Source of the DNA: an uncultured Collinsella sp.
GTDB taxonomy: Bacteria; Actinomycetota; Coriobacteriia; Coriobacteriales; Coriobacteriaceae
Reading direction: 5' to 3'
Assembly (NCBI GenBank): GCA_937984005.1
Contig: CALJYM010000033.1
Span: 2,288-66,287 of the forward strand
DNA: 64,000 nucleotides
Positions within the stretch are counted from its first letter, which is position 1; each line of letters starts with the position of its first letter. The notes under the pieces were generated by a model. The model had not been told where the DNA came from. It did not search any database and worked only from the letters and a program-made list of their open reading frames with translations. Both the position numbers and the translations under genes were made by a program. Below are positions 8,405-16,900 of the stretch, piece by piece.

Positions 8405-11287
8405 CTAAATAAACACGTCGACGAGGATGGGCATGAGGTTGAGCAGGCCAAACACCAGCGCCACGCCCCATCCGAGCCTAAAGCAGCTGCGCCAGGTGCT
8501 GCGTGCGAAGGTGTTGTCGATCAGGACCTCGACAAAATACGTCGCGGCCATCACGACCAGGGCTACAACCCAGCTCACGGGATTGTCCCAGACAAAGAAC
8601 ATGCCCACCCACATCAAAAACAGCACGGTCTCGCACCAGTGCATAAGGGTCATCTTGGCCAGCGTGCCGCCGCTCATCTCGGTGGCGACACCCTGGACAA
8701 TCTCCTGATGCGCGTGATGCGAGTACGAAAGATCGAACGGCGACTTGCGCAGCTTGATGGTGAGCACCGCGAGCAGCGCGAGGAAAATGGGCGCGCTGTA
8801 CACGATGATGGGGGCCGACTGCCCCGTCACGGCGATGGAATCGAAGCTGTCGGTGGCAAGGTACAGGCCCACACTCATCAGCAGAACGGCGGGCTCGTAA
8901 CTCATGACCTGCAGCAGCTCGCGATCGGCGCCAACCTGGGCAAACGGGCTTTGCGTCGAGGCGGACGCCAATACCACAAAGATCGCGGCGAGCGTCACCA
9001 TAAAGGCGCACAGCAGCGTGTTGGAGCCCGACACAAAGATGCCGCCGCCCACGACGGTGAAGATGAGCGCGCACGCCATGTAGGTATCATCCATGGTGTT
9101 TACGCTGGCAGGGGCTTTGCGCAGCAGCTTGGCAACGTCGTAGAAAGGCTGGAGCAGGCGCGGGCCCACGCGGCCCTGCATACGGGCCGAAAGCTTGCGG
9201 TCAACGCCGTCGATCAGGCCACCAACCAAAGGCGCCAGCAGGGCAAACACCACGGTACCAATAAATATGCCCACGACACCCGAACCTTCGAAATACTTGC
9301 CGCGCAGCACCGAGGGCGCGCTCATGGCAAGCCTCTCGGGCCCAATCCATGCGCAGCACAGCAGCGCAAACAAGATAATGCTGCAGCACACGACGCTACC
9401 CGCGGGGCCGATACGCTTCTCGCCAAGGGCGTCCTCCGAGTACCAATTGCGCTTTTCGGCCTTCACCTCGTGTCCCATCGAGCCGCGGAAATGGCGATAT
9501 TTGTCGGTTCCCACACCCGAAAGGTACACGTTGACGTGCGGCTTGTTGCTCACGCGGAATGAAGTCAGCAGCACCACGGCGATAAACGCCACGATAACCA
9601 CCATCAGATACATGGCGTCCTTGCCGATAACGTACGGCACGCGGCCAAACACCATGGCCAAGTAAGGCGACACCAGGCCGCTCGAGATGAGCGGGAACGC
9701 CACGCAGCACAGAATCAGTAGCGCAGCGATGGTGTTGAGCGCCATCCATTCGGTCTTATGGACATTGACCTCAACGTTTTGAGCCGTGGGGTCGACGCCC
9801 GAAAGCTTGGCAAGCCACTTGCCCCAGAAGAAGAACGTCGCGGCTGAGCCAAAGGCAAGCACCATAATCATGAGCACGTTGCCGGTCTGCGCGAACGCCA
9901 CCAGGGCGCCCCACTTGGACACGAGCATGCCAAACGGCGCCACAAACATGCCCATGATGCCCAGCATCATCAGGCGCGTCAGGTGCGGCATGCGGCTGAA
10001 CATACCGTCCATGTCCTCAATATCGCGGCTGCCGATATGATGCTCGGCCGTGCCCACGCACAGGAACAGCAGCGACTTGGCCACCGTGTGGAACAGGATC
10101 AGGAAGATGGCCGCCCATACGGCCTCGGGCGCGCCGACACCCAAGCAGGCACTAATGAGGCCCAAGTTGGAAATGGTGGAGTACGCGAGCACGCGTTTGG
10201 CGTTGCTCTGCGAGATGGCCATGAGGGCAGCGAGCAAAAACGTGATGGCACCCACACTCGTGACCATAAAGCCGGTCACGGGATAGATGGCATAGAGCGG
10301 GCTGAGCTTGACCATCAGGAACACGCCGGCTTTGACCATGGTTGACGAGTGCAGCAGGGCGCTCGTGGGCGTGGGGGCGACCATGGCGCCGAGCAGCCAG
10401 GTGTGGAACGGCATCTGCGCGGCCTTGGTAAGTGCGGCGAGCGACAGCAGGACGACCGGCATCACCAGCAGTGCGGATTGCGCGGTGCCGGCGCCGGAAA
10501 GCTCGATCATGCCCGAGATGGTCAGCGGCATGCCGTTAACGTGCAGAAACATAAGGCCCGCCAAAAACGCGATGCCGCCCAGCATGTTGAGGATGATTTG
10601 GGTAAAGGCGTTCTTGATGGCCTCGGGCGTGCGCGTGTAGCCAATCATAAGGAACGAGCACACGGTGGTGATTTCCCAGCCGCAAAACAGCCACTCAAGG
10701 TTATCGCTCGTCACGATGACGAACATGGCCGAGAGGAACAGGAACATAAGCGCCAGGAACTGCGGGCGACGATCGGGCGCGGTCTGCCCGTGCAGCGCGG
10801 CCTCGTGCTCGTCATGGGCCTGGAAGTCCTTCATGTAGCCCAGGGCATACACGCAGATTAGGCTGCCGACGATACCGACGGCGAGGACCATGATCACACT
10901 CATGTAGTCCAGGTAGAGCGGCGTCGCCGTGACGGCTTCGGCCGCGGGCAGCGTCATGGCTGCAAAAGCGAGCGAGCCCACCAGCTGGACTATGCCGAGC
11001 ACCATGGTGAGCGCGTTCCTATATTTGTACGCGTTGTACAGGATGACGGCGCACAGAATTACATCGATGACGGAGCTGATGATCGAGAGCACATGCGAGG
11101 TGCCGGGGGCAACCTCAAAGCTCTGCGGACCCGCGCCAAAAAACATGACGGCGACTACAACTGTCGCCGCCATAATAATGCCGGAACCTATGAGCCCCAC
11201 CGCATCGCGGGCGCGGTCGCCGCGCGCGAACAGCATGCCCAGCGCCGGTACCAGCGGAAACAGGGTAAGGAAATACAGTAGCGTCAT
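8405..11287 (-). CDS. Fused membrane subunit: NuoL/MnhA-like antiporter module (EchA, ~650 aa) joined to a NuoH/HycD-like module (EchB, ~300 aa)
   Basis: The N-terminal part carries the NuoL/M/N signature ...WLLGAMVAPTPTSALLHSSTMVKAGVFLMVKL.... The C-terminal part carries the NuoH signature GRVGPRLLQPFYDVAKLLRK and is multi-TM throughout. It is the first gene of the operon, so gene order echA-B(fused)-C-D-E-F is preserved. Confidence 0.75.
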   Translation of the reverse strand: MTLLYFLTLFPLVPALGMLFARGDRARDAVGLIGSGIIMAATVVVAVMFFGAGPQSFEVAPGTSHVLSIISSVIDVILCAVILYNAYKYRNALTMVLGIVQLVGSLAFAAMTLPAAEAVTATPLYLDYMSVIMVLAVGIVGSLICVYALGYMKDFQAHDEHEAALHGQTAPDRRPQFLALMFLFLSAMFVIVTSDNLEWLFCGWEITTVCSFLMIGYTRTPEAIKNAFTQIILNMLGGIAFLAGLMFLHVNGMPLTISGMIELSGAGTAQSALLVMPVVLLSLAALTKAAQMPFHTWLLGAMVAPTPTSALLHSSTMVKAGVFLMVKLSPLYAIYPVTGFMVTSVGAITFLLAALMAISQSNAKRVLAYSTISNLGLISACLGVGAPEAVWAAIFLILFHTVAKSLLFLCVGTAEHHIGSRDIEDMDGMFSRMPHLTRLMMLGIMGMFVAPFGMLVSKWGALVAFAQTGNVLMIMVLAFGSAATFFFWGKWLAKLSGVDPTAQNVEVNVHKTEWMALNTIAALLILCCVAFPLISSGLVSPYLAMVFGRVPYVIGKDAMYLMVVIVAFIAVVLLTSFRVSNKPHVNVYLSGVGTDKYRHFRGSMGHEVKAEKRNWYSEDALGEKRIGPAGSVVCCSIILFALLCCAWIGPERLAMSAPSVLRGKYFEGSGVVGIFIGTVVFALLAPLVGGLIDGVDRKLSARMQGRVGPRLLQPFYDVAKLLRKAPASVNTMDDTYMACALIFTVVGGGIFVSGSNTLLCAFMVTLAAIFVVLASASTQSPFAQVGADRELLQVMSYEPAVLLMSVGLYLATDSFDSIAVTGQSAPIIVYSAPIFLALLAVLTIKLRKSPFDLSYSHHAHQEIVQGVATEMSGGTLAKMTLMHWCETVLFLMWVGMFFVWDNPVSWVVALVVMAATYFVEVLIDNTFARSTWRSCFRLGWGVALVFGLLNLMPILVDVFI

Positions 11288-11468
11288 ACCATCACTCCCC
11301 CATGCAAAAACGCTGCAATTGTTTAACGTTATAGCTCAATTGAGGAATAGCGGCGGCAGGTTTTCGGTCAACTGGGGAGTTTTAGGCGTACAGGGCAAGG
11401 AGTCTGTCCGCATTGGAGCAGAGGGGCGGCAAGAAAAATGCGCCCCTGTGGGCGCACCATCCCGTTCG

Positions 11469-11873
11469 CTATTCCGCCTTTTTAACGCGCGGCTTGCGAC
11501 CGCGCGGCTTATCGACCAGCGCGGACTCACCGCTCTCGCGATACTGGCGGCACCAGGCCTTAACCGAAGACTCGCTGGGAATCCCGTGCTTGATCATGGC
11601 CTCGCGAACCGTCAGGCCGTTTTCCAGACGGTCCTTAACCACGGCGAGCTTTACGTCGTACGAATAGGTGTGATGACGAGCGCCCGCATTGAGCACGGCG
11701 TCGGCACCGCCCACGGCATATGCGCGGGCCCACTGACGAGCCGTGGCCTGGGGAATGCCAAGCTTTGCAGCGAGGGCGCGGTGACCGACCCCCTCTTGGA
11801 GGATCTCGACGGCGCGCTGCCTAACCTCGGGCGCATGCGTGCGGGTCCTAGTTGCTTCCGACATACCTGCCAC
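11469..11873 (-). CDS. Orphan double helix-turn-helix protein, transposase OrfA-like (IS3/IS630-type N-terminal module); possibly an IS remnant or a regulator
   Basis: 134 aa with two HTH-like segments (RQRAVEILQEGVGHRALAAKLGIPQATARQWARAY and LTVREAMIKHGIPSESSVKAWCRQYRESG). No transposase catalytic ORF is adjacent. It is followed by an AT-rich stretch (11900-12130). Confidence 0.5.
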   Translation of the reverse strand: MAGMSEATRTRTHAPEVRQRAVEILQEGVGHRALAAKLGIPQATARQWARAYAVGGADAVLNAGARHHTYSYDVKLAVVKDRLENGLTVREAMIKHGIPSESSVKAWCRQYRESGESALVDKPRGRKPRVKKAE

Positions 11874-12140
11874 TTCTTAGCCTTAACCGTTAATCTGCTT
11901 TCTTACGTGCTTGTTAGATAGTAGCATTTTGCTGTTCCCGCGTAACAGTTAATTGAAAATCGCAACGGCGGCATCTGGGTATTTGCCATTCATTTGCAAC
12001 AGTTCTTTAGGTTTTATTTACGCAGCTAGTTGGCTCGCGGCTCATTGACGGTGTTTTACCAACCAGATTGGTATCTTTTTGTTTGGCTGGTATGGTTTGT
12101 GCAATTATTAACCCCTCGTCAGTCCACACCTAACATGTCA

Positions 12141-12232
12141 GCTTTCCACTTGCTTCCCAACTTTCCACTTAACTTTCCAGCTTTCCACCTTAAGTGGTAA
12201 GTTACGTGGAAAGCTGGAAAGAAGTTGGGAGA
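12141..12232. repeat. Palindromic CTTTCC/GGAAAG-rich element, copy A, downstream of the AlbA_2 gene
   Basis: The left arm has 4-5 CTTTCC(A) units including ctttccagctttccac; the right arm is its inverted complement gtggaaagctggaaag; the outer arms are tcccaactt/aagttggga. Confidence 0.7.
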
Positions 12233-12256
12233 CCGAAGCATGGGCGACGGACAGCC

Positions 12257-13726
12257 CTACTTCGCGAGTCGATACCGTTGTCGCGGGCTGCGCGGAGGCT
12301 CCATCGCCTCAATCTTGCCCGCACCAATCAAGCCTTTTATGTGGTTGGAAACGGCGCTCCTGCTCAAACCCGAAGCGTCGGTGAGCTCCTTGGTCGAGGC
12401 CGAAGAATGTGTTGCCAGGTAATCCAAGATTGCCTCGTCCACATGCCCCACAGACGTCACCTGTTCCGCCCGCATTATCTTTCGCTTATCGAACGTCAAC
12501 GAAAAAGAAACTGTCGAGTTCTTTGGTTCGGGCGGCAACATGTTTGCCCGCTCGAGCTGCTCACCTATCTCCTGATAACCAGTGCCGCGATTTTCGACCA
12601 CGTAGCCACCGTCTGGGTACGGCGTGGTCTCGAGGATATTTGAAAGGAACTGGTTTCTGGATGACGAAACCCCAGAAACTCCCAGCGAATCGATCGTTAC
12701 GTCGCCGTACAGCCCGCCGGGATTGAGAATCTCGACGCGGTCGATATACAAGTTGACCTGCACTTGTGAGCCGCGCGCGGCGGAAGAGTAGTCGCGGTGC
12801 ATGAGCGCGTTCGCCACCGCCTCGCGCAGCGCCACGGGCGGATAATCGGGCACATCTTTCCGGAACGCGCCCTCGATAACCGCTGCGTTTCGGGTGTTTC
12901 TCGCAACGGCGGCAAGCACGTCCTCAATCATGAAAGGGATCGGACCCAAAATGGTCTGAGAATCCACAAAACGCTTGTTATCACTTACTCGCTGCGTTTT
13001 TGTGGTCCCGGGGTACGCCGTAAAGGTCACATTGAGACGTGGGAAGAACTTTTGCGGAAACCGTCCCATCGCGACAATTGCAGCAAGCGTCGGCACGATT
13101 GCGTCGTCCACCCTTTTGGTCACATGCAGGTCAAGGAGAATCTCATCGTCGCTTCTGGTGCCCAAAAGCCTAGGGTGTAGCTCGCGCTGGCGTTTTATAA
13201 ACCCTTGCAAAAGATCGGCGTCAAGGTCATCGAGCGTGGCACCTTCGACCGGCTCGTCGTCGTATGTAGGCTGAACATGCTCCTCCATAAAGCGATCGAT
13301 TTCGTAGGGAGTCATGCGCCGGTCGCCGTCGCCCGTACGGATAAAGGACGAATCGTACATTCCGCGTGCCGCAATATAGCAGGGTTTATCGCGTGGATGC
13401 ATCTCATTGATGCGCGCGCAAAGCACCAGTTTTTCCTCAAAGGGAATCACTTGGATATCCGGCCTCACAACGGGCGTCAGCTTTTCACATGCAGAAGAGA
13501 GGGCGTCTTGCATCTTGCGGGCATCAAAACCCTCGACGGGCATAAACCCGTTCTTTTCGGAAATGCCGAGGATGATAAAGCCGCCCTGCGCGTTGGAAAA
13601 TGCCGAAAGCGTCTCGACGATGCTTTTGGGGAGCGCGCCCTTGGCTTCTTTTACTTCGTACTGCTGGGTGTCGTTTCCTATTGCCCGCAGATGATGGATA
13701 ACCTGCGCCAACCACTCCTCATTCAT
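12257..13726 (-). CDS. ATP-binding putative transcriptional regulator with AlbA_2 (divergent AAA, Schlafen-like) N-terminal domain, HATPase_c_4 domain and C-terminal HTH
   Basis: Motifs LSAFSNAQGGFIILGISEKNG (AlbA_2), REAVANALMHRDYS...ILNPGGL (HATPase_c_4) and a C-terminal HTH (STKELTDASGLSRSAVSNHIKGL). The start is moved to the MNEEWLAQ methionine (13726) because the 10 upstream codons of ORF 12257..13756 lie inside repeat copy B. Confidence 0.7.
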   Translation of the reverse strand: MNEEWLAQVIHHLRAIGNDTQQYEVKEAKGALPKSIVETLSAFSNAQGGFIILGISEKNGFMPVEGFDARKMQDALSSACEKLTPVVRPDIQVIPFEEKLVLCARINEMHPRDKPCYIAARGMYDSSFIRTGDGDRRMTPYEIDRFMEEHVQPTYDDEPVEGATLDDLDADLLQGFIKRQRELHPRLLGTRSDDEILLDLHVTKRVDDAIVPTLAAIVAMGRFPQKFFPRLNVTFTAYPGTTKTQRVSDNKRFVDSQTILGPIPFMIEDVLAAVARNTRNAAVIEGAFRKDVPDYPPVALREAVANALMHRDYSSAARGSQVQVNLYIDRVEILNPGGLYGDVTIDSLGVSGVSSSRNQFLSNILETTPYPDGGYVVENRGTGYQEIGEQLERANMLPPEPKNSTVSFSLTFDKRKIMRAEQVTSVGHVDEAILDYLATHSSASTKELTDASGLSRSAVSNHIKGLIGAGKIEAMEPPRSPRQRYRLAK

Positions 13727-13740
13727 GCCGAACCTCCCAA

Positions 13741-13840
13741 CTTTCCAACTTTCCACCTAACTTACCAGCTTTCCACTTAACTTTCCAGCTTTCCACCTTG
13801 AGTGGTAAGTTAAGTGGAAAGCTGGAAAGTTGGTGGAGAG
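13741..13840. repeat. Palindromic CTTTCC/GGAAAG-rich element, copy B, directly upstream of the AlbA_2 gene and in the same orientation as copy A
   Basis: The 70-bp core aactttccacttaactttccagctttccacctt[g/a]agtggtaagtta[a/c]gtggaaagctggaaag is near-identical to copy A. Confidence 0.7.
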
Positions 13841-13869
13841 CTGGGGCAGCAGTAGGCCAAGCGAACAAG

Positions 13870-13900
13870 AAAAAGGGCGGCAACCGGGTGGTTGCCGCCC
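13870..13900 (-). terminator. Rho-independent terminator of the giant surface-protein gene (GGGCGGCAACC-loop-GGTTGCCGCCC, followed by a T-tract on the minus strand)
   Basis: Perfect 11-bp GC stem; on the minus strand it is followed by TTTTTCTTGTT and lies 10 bp after the stop at 13910. Confidence 0.8.
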
Positions 13901-13909
13901 CTCGCGTAG

Positions 13910-16900
13910 CTAGTTGGTTTTCGTCTCGTGCCGAATGCCCCCGGTGTTGATGCGCGCTAGCGTGTACGTCACGTAGTCGGAGTGCGAATAGCCATCAAGG
14001 TTGCTAACGTTGACCGGTGTGTCGTCGACAACGTTGCCGGTCATAATATTGGCCGTAAGCACCAAGCGGTAGTTTGCGTAAGTTTGGTTCTCACCCTCAA
14101 CATTCGTATTCACTTTAACGCGGAAGGCATGCTTAAAGGCAAGGCTGTTGCCGTCGCGCGTGAGGAACGCGCCGTTGGTCTTGGTGTCGGTGAACACATA
14201 GCTGTTGCCGTCGGCGGATGCCGCACCCGTGCCTAGGTAATCGCTGCCGAGCACCGTAATGTAGTTCGAGATATCGCCGACCGGAGCATAGCCGCCATTA
14301 TCTTGCCGCTGCTCCAGGATTAGCGTGTAGGTCACCGTGCTTGCGGCGTCGATCTTAGCCTCGGCGCCCGTGAGCTTGCTCAGGTCGTAGGTACCCACCA
14401 GAGCGATCTCGCCGTCAGCGGACTTGAGGTCATCGATGCTGATGCCCAACTGGGATTTCTTAGACGCCTCGAGCGCGATGGTCGATGAGCCCACATCCAT
14501 ACGGTAGTAGCCGGCGCCGCCATCGTTGTATGCCGAGTTGCTACTGGTGCTGAGCGTGTCAGCATGCGTGGAAAGGTACGCGCGGTAGTTGGGTTTGGTG
14601 TAGCGGTCGGTGCCGCTGTTCTGCGAGGCCACGATACCCGCCTGGCAGGCAGGCTCCGTCATGGTGAGCGCGGCCCTCATGGTAACGGTGAAGGCGTTGA
14701 CATGGTTCTTGGCGATCTCGCGCAGGCCCGACATGTCGATGGGATTACCCTCAGCATCGGCAAGCACCAGTGACATGTCGCCACCGTTCGCAGTCCAACT
14801 AAGGCCCGACACCACTGGGGTCTCCTTCGTGCCGGCCAGATTCCAACCCGACCCGCCCCAGGTGTAGTAGTTATCACCCACCTTAACGTAGAACTCATAC
14901 GTGCCCTGCGTGCCCGTGGGGTATCCTACCGAGCCCGCGATGACGCCATCGTGATAGGTGACAAGCGACGAATCGAGCTGATAATACAGCGCGTCAGAGC
15001 TCGTGTATTGCTGGCTCGAGTCAAACGTCACGGTGTCGCTCACGTTCATGGAAAGCGAATAGGTGGCTTCCTTGAGCTCCATCCGGTTGATGCTGTCCCT
15101 GTTGTCGACGAGGTTACGCTTGTTGTCAACGAGGCTGTGCGTGTAGTTTGATGCCACGCTGTAGGTCGAGGGCGTATTCTGGTGCCCATCCTCGGCAGCC
15201 TTGCCGTCGGCTGCTTTCTTGCCTCGCAGCAGGTAGTTGATGTGCTCGTTGAGGCTCGTGTCCACCGTGGTGGCGGTGTAGCCGTTGACGCCCGCGGACC
15301 CCGCCGGCGTGCGCACCACCAAGTAGAAGTTTTCGCTCTTGGGCTCTTCCTTATCAACGGAGAGGGTATAGAACGTGCCCGTCGCGTCGGAAGAAGTGCG
15401 CGCGCGGTAGTACGCGCCATCGACCTTGGCGCCAGCCATCTTCGCGAGTTCGGCCTGGCTCTTGTCCTTGACCTCGTCATCGGCGAGCTTGACCCAAGCG
15501 CCGTCCTTGTCCTCCTTGGCCTCATCGGCCTTCACGCCCACGATTTCGCTCAGCCACGGTTCGGTGTAGTAAGCCTTGTTGCCAGCGTCCACAAACTCGG
15601 TGAGCTTGACTGACGTCGCGCCACCCGTGCCCACCGTGTAGTGATATTCGCGGCTGTTGTTGGCCGTGTCCACGAGTGTGAGCTGTGTACCCTCGGGCAG
15701 CGTGGCACCGAAGGTAATGCTCTTGTTGAGCGGACCCATAGAGCCGCCGGCTTCGAGCAGCGTGTTCCAGCCGTAATCGACCGGCTTGCCCCGAGCGCTG
15801 CCATAGGTCCAGGTAAGGTAGCCGGTCATGGTGTCGCCGCTGCTCACAAGTACGTGCTTGTCGTATTTTGTCGCATAGTCGGCAGCCTTGAAGTTCGCAC
15901 CTTCGGAGTAGGTGGCGGTAAAGTCGATCTCGAGCATGCGCTTGACGATGATGGGTACCTGTACACGGTAGCTCTGGCCGGCCTCGCTAAAGGTGACCGT
16001 AAGCAGCGTGAAGCGCCCCTGCTCATTGTCCCAGTCGGTGCTCGCGCGGAATGCCATAGAGCTCGTGCCATTGTTGAGCACCTTGAGCGTGGGCGCTTGC
16101 GAGGCGGCTACGTCCTTGACGAAGGTGCCGTTATCGGCGAGCGAGAAGACCTCGGCGGTGGCGGTCACATGCGCGGTGCTGCCGTTGAGGCGGCGGGCAT
16201 CGGAGAAGCCGCCATTGGTCACGATGTTCAGGTAGCTCTCCACCGTCGTGGTATCGTTGCCCGGAATCACGAGCACGGGGAAGTCAGTTTTGGCCTTCTT
16301 GCCCGAAGTAATGTTGTTAGCGTTATAGGTGCTACGCGAGCTGTCCGCGCTATAGGTGCTCGTGTTTTGGTATGCGCCGGCATCATTGATGCCGGCGATG
16401 TTGGTGTAGGTGTAGCGGCCGGGAACGCGGGCACCCGCTTGGCTTTGGATGGTCGTCGCGGTGTCAATGGCGGCGCCGTCGCCAAACAGGTAGCGGTCGG
16501 TGGTGTCGCCGTCGGAGGCACGCACCGCCAGCGTGCTCACGGGCCTCGTGGTCACGTACGGACTCGTTGCCGTGGTAGCAGTATCGCCTGCGCCGTAAAG
16601 CGTTTTGTTCTCGTTGGGCGCGGCAGCCGTGCCGTTGTAGTCGCCGAAGGCAATATAAGTTTTCTCGTTAACAGCAGCCGTATTCGTATTGGTCGTGTAA
16701 ACCATCGGCGGCAGGTCGCTCGTGGTCTTGCCACTACCGGGCTTTACTTCCACGCCCGCTGCGGAAAGGCTGTACTTACCATCCCCCGTGTCAACCTCGC
16801 CCAAGAGTACGCCCTGGGTTTTGCCCGCATTGTAGCTATTGCTGTCCATGAGCACGTTTAACAGATGGAACTGGCCGCGCCCGTCGCCCATAATGCCGCC

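Noticed and set aside
8246-9562. 438-aa plus-strand ORF and several 100-200-aa ORFs across the ech operon (6755-7411, 7113-8105, 8478-9074)
   Set aside because: They are alternative-frame or antisense to well-supported hydrogenase genes, with Arg/Ala/Pro-rich composition.
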